Shown here one piece after another: positions 55,878 through 64,000 of a stretch of 64,000 nt of DNA. A model generated the notes under the pieces. It did no database searches, was not told where the DNA came from, and saw only the letters and a list, made by a program, of their open reading frames with translations. How positions within the stretch are numbered: the first letter of the stretch is position 1; each line of letters opens with the position of its first letter. Both the position numbers and the translations under genes were made by a program. Source of the stretch: Ignavibacteriota bacterium (GTDB lineage Bacteria > Bacteroidota > Ignavibacteria > UBA10030). The stretch covers positions 928,001 to 992,000 of the forward strand of contig OY969585.1 of NCBI GenBank assembly GCA_963701295.1, in the 5' to 3' direction.

Positions 55878-58538
55878 ATGGCAACAGTAAACGAAAAAAC
55901 AATACCGGTAGATATTGAAGATGAAATGAAAGGATCGTACATCGACTACTCGATGTCGGTTATCGTGTCGCGTGCACTTCCCGATGTACGCGATGGTCTC
56001 AAGCCTGTACATCGGCGCGTATTATTCGGTATGCAAGGACTCGGTTTGGCAAGTAACCGGGCGTATAAGAAAAGCGCACGGATCGTTGGTGAAGTGCTTG
56101 GTAAGTATCACCCACACGGCGATACAGCGGTGTATGATACTATGGTGCGTATGGCTCAAGACTTTTCCATGCGCTATATGCTTGTGGATGGGCAGGGGAA
56201 CTTCGGATCAGTGGACGGCGATTCACCTGCGGCAATGCGTTATACAGAAGCACGCCTGACCCGCATTGCAGAAGAGATGTTGAAGGATCTTGAAAAGAAT
56301 ACCGTCAATTTTACATCAAACTTTGATGATACATTGCAAGAACCGACGGTTATGCCGTCGCTCGTTCCCAATCTGCTTTGTAATGGCGCCAGTGGTATTG
56401 CAGTCGGCATGGCAACAAACATCCCACCCCACAATCTCCGTGAGGTCATCGACGGCTGCCTTGCCTATATCAAAGATCCAATCATCAGCAATGAAAAGCT
56501 GATGAAGAACATCCTCGCGCCAGACTTTCCGACCGGCGGCATCATTTACGGGTATGGAGGTGTGAAAGATGCATACACGACAGGACGCGGCAAAATTATC
56601 GTGCGTGCAAGAGCGAACATCGAGACAGGCAAAGGAGAACGTCAGCGAATTATCGTTACAGAGTTGCCTTATCAAGTAAATAAAGCTTCGCTGATTGAAA
56701 AGATTGCAGAGCTTGTTACCGATAAGAAGTTAGAAGATATTTCAGATATACGGGATGAATCTGATCGTGATGGATTACGGGTTGTGATCGAACTCAAGCG
56801 TGAGGCAAATGCTGAGGTAGTGCTCAACAATCTCTATAAGCACACACAGATGCAGACAACATTCGGCGTCAATCTCTTGGCATTGGTAGATGGCCGTCCT
56901 CAGGTATTGAAATTACGCGAATTTATTCAGCATTTCATTGAGCATCGCAATGAAGTTGTTGTTCGCCGAACAAAGTTCGATTTAGATGAAGCGGAGAAAC
57001 GTGCACACATCCTCGAAGGGTATATCATTGCGCTCGATAATATTGATGAAGTGATTGCACTCATCAAGAAATCGAAAGACGTGGAAAGCGCAAAGCTTGG
57101 CTTGATGAAGAAATTCAAGCTTTCCGAGATTCAGGCGAAAGCGATTCTCGATATGCGTCTCCAGCGGTTGACTGGTCTTGAGCGCAAGAAAGTGGAAGAT
57201 GAATACCGAGAGATGATCAAGCTCATCGAGAAGTTGAAAACCATTCTCAAGAGCAAACAACTTCAGATGAAAATCATCGAAGAAGAACTGAACGAGATAA
57301 AAGAAAAATATGGTGACGATCGACGTACCGAAATTATTTACAAAGCCGAAGAATTCCGTATTGAAGATATGATTGCAGAAGAGGAAGTTGTGGTAACGAT
57401 CAGCCATGGCGGTTTCATAAAAAGGTTCCCGGTATCAGGGTATCGGCGGCAATCACGCGGCGGAAAAGGTGTTACTGGAGCCGCAACACGCGAAGACGAT
57501 TTTGTGGCACATATGTTTATCGCCAGCACACACAACTATGTGCTTATTTTCACAAATAAAGGAAGATGTCACTGGTTAAAAGTATTTGAGATTCCAGAAG
57601 GCGGCAGAACCACCAAAGGCAAGTCGATCAACAATTTAATTTCAAAAGATCCAAATGAAGAAATTGCATCATTCATTGCTGTAAAAGAATTCGATGAAAA
57701 TCATTTTGTCTTCATGTTTTCAGAGCAAGGGCTAGTGAAAAAAGTGGTGCTTTCAGAGTTCAGCAATCCGCGGCGAAGCGGCATCGTAGCGGCAAATTTG
57801 AAAAAAGGAGATCAATTAACAGATGTTAAACTGACAGATGGTGCGCAGGATATTGTCATTGGCACTTATAACGGTCTCGCTATTCGCTTCCATGAAAATG
57901 AAATTCGTCCGATGGGACGAACTGCAGCAGGTGTGCGCGGCATTCGACTTGGGAAGAACGACAAAGTTGTCGGCGCAGTAAATTTGCAGCGAAAAGGAAC
58001 ATCGATTCTTGTCGCTACGCAAAAAGGATTCGGCAAGCGCAGCGAGGAGAACGAATACCGCACGAGCCATAGGGGCGGCAAAGGAATCTTCACGGTAAAG
58101 ACATCTGATAAGACCGGTAAAATGGTAGCAATCAAAGAAGTTGTCGATACAGACGACGTTGTCATTGTTACCAGCGATGGCATGGTCATTCGTCAACATG
58201 CGGCAAATATTCGTGTTGCTGGACGGAATACGCAAGGAGTACATCTTATCAGATTGAATGAGGGAGACACCGTCGCTGCAGTTGCTGCGGTTGTTGCTGA
58301 GGAAGAAGAAGATAAACAACTTGCCGAGAAGGAAAAATTCCTCACTAATGGAAAATCTACGATACCAGTTAAAGTCGACAACGGAGGGAAAGGGAATCTA
58401 AAACAGGAGAATCTGTTTGCTCCAAAATCCGGAAAAACAGAAAAGAGAAAACAATTTCCGCCGAAGAAGATCGAGAAACTGAAGAAATTAGTTCCATCGA
58501 GAAAAAACAAGAAGGGAAAAAAAGGCAAACGAAAATAA
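55878..58538 (+). CDS. gyrA: DNA gyrase subunit A
   Basis: [22 protein letters not shown], GyrA box QSRGGKG. Confidence 0.98.
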   Translation: MATVNEKTIPVDIEDEMKGSYIDYSMSVIVSRALPDVRDGLKPVHRRVLFGMQGLGLASNRAYKKSARIVGEVLGKYHPHGDTAVYDTMVRMAQDFSMRYMLVDGQGNFGSVDGDSPAAMRYTEARLTRIAEEMLKDLEKNTVNFTSNFDDTLQEPTVMPSLVPNLLCNGASGIAVGMATNIPPHNLREVIDGCLAYIKDPIISNEKLMKNILAPDFPTGGIIYGYGGVKDAYTTGRGKIIVRARANIETGKGERQRIIVTELPYQVNKASLIEKIAELVTDKKLEDISDIRDESDRDGLRVVIELKREANAEVVLNNLYKHTQMQTTFGVNLLALVDGRPQVLKLREFIQHFIEHRNEVVVRRTKFDLDEAEKRAHILEGYIIALDNIDEVIALIKKSKDVESAKLGLMKKFKLSEIQAKAILDMRLQRLTGLERKKVEDEYREMIKLIEKLKTILKSKQLQMKIIEEELNEIKEKYGDDRRTEIIYKAEEFRIEDMIAEEEVVVTISHGGFIKRFPVSGYRRQSRGGKGVTGAATREDDFVAHMFIASTHNYVLIFTNKGRCHWLKVFEIPEGGRTTKGKSINNLISKDPNEEIASFIAVKEFDENHFVFMFSEQGLVKKVVLSEFSNPRRSGIVAANLKKGDQLTDVKLTDGAQDIVIGTYNGLAIRFHENEIRPMGRTAAGVRGIRLGKNDKVVGAVNLQRKGTSILVATQKGFGKRSEENEYRTSHRGGKGIFTVKTSDKTGKMVAIKEVVDTDDVVIVTSDGMVIRQHAANIRVAGRNTQGVHLIRLNEGDTVAAVAAVVAEEEEDKQLAEKEKFLTNGKSTIPVKVDNGGKGNLKQENLFAPKSGKTEKRKQFPPKKIEKLKKLVPSRKNKKGKKGKRK

Positions 58539-58619
58539 ACTCGTTTCAAAGATAAAAAACACCTTAAATTCTTTATTAAGAGACTTTTCACTAAACTTAT
58601 GCTTTACCTCATAATATGA

Positions 58620-60530
58620 TTATTTAAAAATCTTCTTTAATGTGTCTTTCGCTTTTTTCGTAATATCGCCTGTTTGTTTCTTCTTCTCTTGATCGATACG
58701 ATTTTCGATCTCTTTCTTTTTTGCTTCTACCAGTGCGAGCTTTTCATTCACCAAGGTTTCATGTTCTTTCAGTCTGCCCATTACCATTTCGCGTTTTTCA
58801 TTGTAAAGATTTTCAACCTCGGCGTGTTTTTCGGCTATCTTTGCATTTAATTTATTACGAAGATCGTTCTGAATCTTTGTGACTTCATCGCCAATGACCT
58901 TCTTAGTCCGGGACGCAAGCTGGTCGTCAAGATCTGTGGTAAATGCGACATCAAACTTATTCTCGTTGTGCCACATATGCAAGTTGACGTGGAAACACTT
59001 GATAGAAGCAAGCACATCCCGTACAATCCGTTCTACTATGCCACTCGGTTCGCGCTGGAAAACAATCGTTAAGTTGTTGAAGATGATCTTTGTGTTCGAA
59101 TCAAAGTGATTGCCGGGTACGGCAATAATGATGGAAGCATCTGCGCCAGCATTGGTAACTTTTGACGGCAGGAAATCCGAACGGCCGAGAGACATTTCTT
59201 TAATTGGCAATCCAGTCAGCAGCGCCTTGTAATTATCCACTGCCAACTCCTTGCGTCTATCGAATGAAGCGCCAAGCACCAGCGTTGTTGTTCCGCCTTT
59301 TGTAGCAGATAAGTCCATAGTCATAGGATATCCTGTGATTCGCTGGTCATTCGTGATATTGAGAACCTCACCCTTTGCATAAAAATATTGAGGATCCTGA
59401 GCTTTATCTGTGCCGCCTGAAATAAGAATTTTTTTGATCCAGAATTTCGGATATGAACGTTCTACAGGGAAATAAATATTTTGCCCCTTGAAGCGCACCG
59501 GAGTTTCTATAGGCGGTTTGTCAGAGGAGTTTTGAATCTTGCTCTTTGCCATATCCACATACCCCAAATACTCGTACGCTTTCTGCAGAAGATCTTTGCC
59601 GAGTACCATCTCACCAATTCCCTTCATCGAGACATCCGGAAGATGTGCCATGCTCATGACATTTCGAAAATCCTGAGTTGCAAGGTCATCTAAATTTTTG
59701 ATTGGCTCGCCGAACTTATTTACACTATCGATCAGAGTCGTTTTCTGATTGTTGAATGTAGTCTTTACTTCATTGGCTGTATTCAAAATACTCTTTGCAT
59801 TGTTCAAAGCATCGTTGGCAGCCTGAAGAGTCTTGATGTTGCTAAGATTGATCAACTTGGTGCGTGATTCAATGTCGGCAAGTTTCGCTTTCGACTTATC
59901 CATTTCGTCCAATGTCGTTTTCCATTGTACACTTGCATCGTTAATTTGCTTTTTCAAAGTATCAACGCGGTGGAATGTAGCAAGATTATTTGGATTCAGT
60001 AAGCTGTCAATCTTCAGCTCACGTTTAATTTTGTCGAGGTCAAATGATGTCGATGATTTTGAATCCTGCGGTGCAAGAGCTGGTTTTGCTAGTTCTGTCA
60101 GCGGAGCAATTTGCTTTCCGGTTGAGTCAACCGCAAGCTGTTGAGATAGTGCCGCCTGTTTCTTCTCTTTCAGTTTCGGAATGGATCCATCTGTAGTACG
60201 CTTGGTGCCGAGAATAAGATCGTTCATCTCCATTGTCTCAATAATGAACTTGCCGCGAAGAAGCTGACCGAAATTCAATGCAAATTGCACTTTGCCGGTT
60301 TCAAATAAATTCTTCCAGCCGTCATTCGGATTGGTAACCTGTAAACGTGCAAACTCAATGCCGATAGGATTCATGGTGATGTGTAAATGGTCGATTTCAA
60401 CTTTTGCGCCAACAGCTTTTTCGCCGGCATACTCCAACCCTGATTCTATCCAACTGTCGATAAACAGATAGACGACTATGCAAACAATAATTGCAGGAAC
60501 AAGAATAAACAGAACAAATTTCTTTCTCAT
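58620..60530 (-). CDS. TIGR03545-family protein (N-terminal TM, AsmA-like segment, coiled coils)
   Basis: TM anchor then E..G....GAKVEI pattern, long helical regions; paired with TIGR03546-like gene. Confidence 0.75.
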   Translation of the reverse strand: MRKKFVLFILVPAIIVCIVVYLFIDSWIESGLEYAGEKAVGAKVEIDHLHITMNPIGIEFARLQVTNPNDGWKNLFETGKVQFALNFGQLLRGKFIIETMEMNDLILGTKRTTDGSIPKLKEKKQAALSQQLAVDSTGKQIAPLTELAKPALAPQDSKSSTSFDLDKIKRELKIDSLLNPNNLATFHRVDTLKKQINDASVQWKTTLDEMDKSKAKLADIESRTKLINLSNIKTLQAANDALNNAKSILNTANEVKTTFNNQKTTLIDSVNKFGEPIKNLDDLATQDFRNVMSMAHLPDVSMKGIGEMVLGKDLLQKAYEYLGYVDMAKSKIQNSSDKPPIETPVRFKGQNIYFPVERSYPKFWIKKILISGGTDKAQDPQYFYAKGEVLNITNDQRITGYPMTMDLSATKGGTTTLVLGASFDRRKELAVDNYKALLTGLPIKEMSLGRSDFLPSKVTNAGADASIIIAVPGNHFDSNTKIIFNNLTIVFQREPSGIVERIVRDVLASIKCFHVNLHMWHNENKFDVAFTTDLDDQLASRTKKVIGDEVTKIQNDLRNKLNAKIAEKHAEVENLYNEKREMVMGRLKEHETLVNEKLALVEAKKKEIENRIDQEKKKQTGDITKKAKDTLKKIFK

Positions 60531-61057
60531 CGCACACCTCCTAGGCTCCGGACCCGTTTGTACCACTGCACGAGCGAGCTGCGGTCGATGATATGGTATA
60601 TTTTCCATTGCGCGACTTTGACACCGAGAGTTGCTCTGTAAGCGATAACGAATTTTTTCATGCCAATATAGACTGGAATAAAGAATAGTAAAGCAGTGAT
60701 AAAACTGCCCATGACAACAGTGTTATTAAACCGCGTCAAGGGAGCAATTGGTGCATTGTAGAGTGCTGTCCACAACCCCTTCAGACCGTTGATATCTACG
60801 AGTAAAAAATAACCAAGTCTGTGGAAAAGCGGGTCGAAAATATAAGCGATCAATGCAAAAAGGCCGAGTGAAAAAGTCGCTGCCGATAAGTTCACATCAA
60901 GCATGAGAATAATCAACCAGACCAATACTCCTTGAAGTGTAAACATCGGAGATAATCCAAGAATAAAACCGAGAGCAAAACCGCCGGCTACCTGTGCGGG
61001 TGTCTGCCCCTCACGTAGGATTTTAATGAAGTTGGTTACAAGTTTTAGCCAGAACAT
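60527..61057 (-). CDS. TIGR03546-family (DUF2062-like) membrane protein
   Basis: TPAQVAGGFALG..GL.P, LYNAP....RFNNTVVMGS. Confidence 0.85.
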   Translation of the reverse strand: MFWLKLVTNFIKILREGQTPAQVAGGFALGFILGLSPMFTLQGVLVWLIILMLDVNLSAATFSLGLFALIAYIFDPLFHRLGYFLLVDINGLKGLWTALYNAPIAPLTRFNNTVVMGSFITALLFFIPVYIGMKKFVIAYRATLGVKVAQWKIYHIIDRSSLVQWYKRVRSLGGVR

Positions 61058-61461
61058 AAATGAAGTCCTTTATGAATTCATTGCATTGTATATAAATAAG
61101 ATAATCTTTCGGATGGTTTCTTTCAAGCCTTAGAATAAAGAAAAGGTTGGAGTAATTGCCATATTCGGGCAAAGGAACTGGAGGTACATTCTTATGAACG
61201 GATTTTATTGGATTGTTTCCCTCACAGTAATGAGATTAATTCTCGGCACATGGAAGTAAGTAGTTTTGTAGTTACTTATAAACGGACGGGAAACTTAACA
61301 AATCTATTTGCTATTTTTTCTTTGGTCCAGCTTACAATGGATAGGATTTGCCGTTTGGTAGTTACTCTTTGAAGTATCACTTGAAAATTGCGATTTAGAG
61401 GACAAGTATGTACTTTGGCTTTGATCAATGGTTACAAAAATTTTAGACTAATAAGCATAGA

Positions 61462-62199
61462 ATGAACTCCCAAACTAACGCCATCCTCACTGCACTTTAT
61501 TCTAAAGCCAATCCGAAGAATGTTGAAGAAATGACACGATATGGAATTAAAAGTACAGGTAATGTACTCGGAATATCCTCAAAGTATCTCTTTTCACTTG
61601 CAAAGAGTATAGGAACAAACCAGAAATTAGCGCTCGAACTTTGGGAGACAGGCATCTATGAAGCACGGCTCATTGCTGCCTATCTCGCTGACCCAAAACA
61701 AATGAACAAAACCATTATCAACCGCTGGGTACGCGACTTTGACAACTGGGCAATCTGTGATGGCGTGTGTATGCATTGCTTCCGTGATGCTCCTTATGGA
61801 CATGAACTTGTTTTGAAATGGGTGAAACAGAAACAGGAATTTGTCCGGCGAGCTGGATTTACCATGATCGCAACACTTTGTGTGAACGATAAAAAGTCAG
61901 ATGATATTGTTTTTCTAAAATATCTTCCCATAGTATATAAGTATGCAACAGACGAACGCAATTATGTAAAGAAAGCGGTCAACTGGGCGCTCAGGCAGAT
62001 CGGAAAGCGGAATCTGAAGCTCAATACTGCTGCAATCAAGATGGCAAAGAAAATTCAGAAATTGGATTCCCCCGCTGCAAAGTGGGTTGCTGCGGACGCG
62101 TTACGGGAACTGAAAAGTGCGGCTGTCCAAAAGCGACTAAAAAGAAATATGCAGAGTTATCTCAAAAAACCGAAACGGAATACTATATTGCGTTTTTGA
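61462..62199 (+). CDS. DNA alkylation repair protein (AlkD-like HEAT repeat)
   Basis: LALELW....EAR, FDNWAICD, DERNYVKKAVNWALRQIGKRN. Confidence 0.9.
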   Translation: MNSQTNAILTALYSKANPKNVEEMTRYGIKSTGNVLGISSKYLFSLAKSIGTNQKLALELWETGIYEARLIAAYLADPKQMNKTIINRWVRDFDNWAICDGVCMHCFRDAPYGHELVLKWVKQKQEFVRRAGFTMIATLCVNDKKSDDIVFLKYLPIVYKYATDERNYVKKAVNWALRQIGKRNLKLNTAAIKMAKKIQKLDSPAAKWVAADALRELKSAAVQKRLKRNMQSYLKKPKRNTILRF

Positions 62200-62980
62200 G
62201 TTGTCGCACCCAACCACTAATTTCCGTAGTTGTATCTCCCTGTGTAATTTTTTGAATAAGTGCACTCCCTACAATAGCACCATCTGCATATTGAGCTATA
62301 CGCTGGGCATCAGTTGGAGTTTTAATACCAAATCCCACCAAGACTGGATTTTTTTTTGCATTACTCTTCACGCGGCTCAGGTACGATTCAATATTGCCGA
62401 TGTTCGAGCGGCCTGTGACTCCAGTGGTCGATACACAATAGAGAAATCCTGATGTAACTTCATCGATGTTCTGAATTCGTTCGTCGGACGTAGCCGGACT
62501 GACAAAAAGAATATCGGCAAGATGATACTTTCGGTTGAGCGATAAGAAACGATCCGATTCTTCCAGCGGAACTTCCGGGAGAATGATGCCGTCCACACCG
62601 GCTTTTCTTGCGTCGGCAAAGAAGTTCTCTTCACCGTAATGAAGAATGGGATTTAAGTAACCCATCAACACCAGCGGAATATTTGTGTGTTTCCGAATTT
62701 CTTTAACTTGTTCTAAAATGTGCTCGAGTGTAATTCCGTTTTTGATTGCCTGTTGTGAACTTGCCTGAATAATAGGTCCATCGGCGAGCGGATCGGAGAA
62801 GGGCATGCCGAGTTCAATAATGTCAGCTCCAGCTTGAGCAAGTTCCAGCGACAGCGGTGCAGTAGAGTCAAGCTGCGGATAACCGGCTGTGAGAAAAAGT
62901 ACAAGGGCTTTTTCGTTTCGCTCTTTGAGCTGTGTCAGTTTTGTTGTAAGACGGTTTGTTTCAAATTTATTATTCTTCAC
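62183..62980 (-). CDS. trpA: Tryptophan synthase alpha chain
   Basis: [31 protein letters not shown]. Confidence 0.97.
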   Translation of the reverse strand: MKNNKFETNRLTTKLTQLKERNEKALVLFLTAGYPQLDSTAPLSLELAQAGADIIELGMPFSDPLADGPIIQASSQQAIKNGITLEHILEQVKEIRKHTNIPLVLMGYLNPILHYGEENFFADARKAGVDGIILPEVPLEESDRFLSLNRKYHLADILFVSPATSDERIQNIDEVTSGFLYCVSTTGVTGRSNIGNIESYLSRVKSNAKKNPVLVGFGIKTPTDAQRIAQYADGAIVGSALIQKITQGDTTTEISGWVRQLKNAI

Positions 62981-64000
62981 TTTACAATTTTCCCTTCTGA
63001 ATTCTGCAAAGCATACGTCATCATATCTTTATCTCCTCTACCGGAAAGATTCACAACAACAATATCTTTCTTCGATGTTGTCGGCATGAGTTTTTCCAGA
63101 TGTGCAAATGCATGTGCTGATTCTAGTGCCGGAATAATTCCTTCTAATCTGGCCAGCAAACTCGCTGCTTCAAGTGCCTGTTTATCGGTGATAGATACAT
63201 ACTTCACCCTCCCGAGATCTTTCAATGCACTATGTTCAGGTCCGACACCGGGATAATCAAGCCCTGCAGAAATAGAATGCGCCAACTCTACTTGTCCGTT
63301 TTTATCCTGCAGCAAGTAGCTGAACGAGCCATGCAGAACACCGGGTAAACCTTTCGAAAGTGTTGCAGCATGCTTTTGAGTATTTAGTCCGCAGCCAGCT
63401 GCTTCTACGCCGATCATTCGAATATCTTCGCGGATGAATGGATAGAACATTCCCAATGCATTACTGCCGCCGCCAACACACGCAACGAGTATGGAGGGAA
63501 GCTTGCTTTCACTTGCGAGTATTTGTTTCCGTGTTTCTTTGCCGATCACCGATTGGAAATCACGTACTATCATTGGATATGGATGCGGGCCAACCACCGA
63601 GCCGATAATGTAAAATGTGTTGTCGACATTGGTTACCCAATCACGGATAGCTTCGCTTGTTGCATCTTTGAGCGTGCGACTTCCCGTCGTTACTGGAACG
63701 ACTTCCGCACCCAGCATCTTCATCCGATGCACATTCAATTCTTGGCGGTGGATATCTTCTTCTCCCATATATACAACGCACTGCAATCTCATTTTTGCTG
63801 CAACGGTCGCCGTGGCAACTCCATGTTGTCCGGCTCCTGTTTCTGCGATAATACGCTTCTTGCCTGCGCGTTTTGCAAGCAGAATCTGTCCGATGGTATT
63901 ATTAATCTTATGCGCGCCGGTATGACAAAGATCTTCGCGTTTCATATAGATTTTGCCGCACCCATAGTGCTCGGTTAATCTATTGCTAAAGGTCAACGGT
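62977..64000 (-). CDS. trpB: Tryptophan synthase beta chain (5' end outside window)
   Basis: [45 protein letters not shown]. Confidence 0.97.
   Translation of the reverse strand, partial: PLTFSNRLTEHYGCGKIYMKREDLCHTGAHKINNTIGQILLAKRAGKKRIIAETGAGQHGVATATVAAKMRLQCVVYMGEEDIHRQELNVHRMKMLGAEVVPVTTGSRTLKDATSEAIRDWVTNVDNTFYIIGSVVGPHPYPMIVRDFQSVIGKETRKQILASESKLPSILVACVGGGSNALGMFYPFIREDIRMIGVEAAGCGLNTQKHAATLSKGLPGVLHGSFSYLLQDKNGQVELAHSISAGLDYPGVGPEHSALKDLGRVKYVSITDKQALEAASLLARLEGIIPALESAHAFAHLEKLMPTTSKKDIVVVNLSGRGDKDMMTYALQNSEGKIVK

Overview
This is the chromosomal replication-origin region of a bacterium, probably Ignavibacteria/Chlorobi-Bacteroidota; the lineage is inferred from the PorV-family gene, the miaB/sigma54-AAA/LptE/TPR synteny and protein similarity. 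The right half is the core oriC neighbourhood: mnmG-mnmE-yidC-yidD-rnpA-rpmH <> dnaA-oriC-dnaN-recF-dciA-gyrB-(GT2)-gyrA, with DnaA boxes, an AT-rich unwinding element and parS sites. The left half is accessory. It holds an expanded, rearranged K+-uptake locus (kdpC, an unannotated 43-aa membrane peptide, kdpF, kdpA, kdpB, a beta-barrel OMP, kdpDE) with a divergent KimA-like K+ importer, an MhqR-like redox-stress cluster, tRNA-Val and assorted enzymes. The most notable signals outside the ORF track are: two promoter-leader-terminator (attenuator-like) elements in front of lon and porV; an A10 slippage site in dnaX with stops in both shifted frames; a c-di-AMP-binding-like motif in KdpD; and a perfect 22-bp palindrome inside oriC. 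Single-base frameshifts in waaA, miaB and a SPOR gene are most likely assembly errors. No CRISPR array, rRNA, integrase or transposase was seen. All product calls come from motif recognition by eye, not from database searches.
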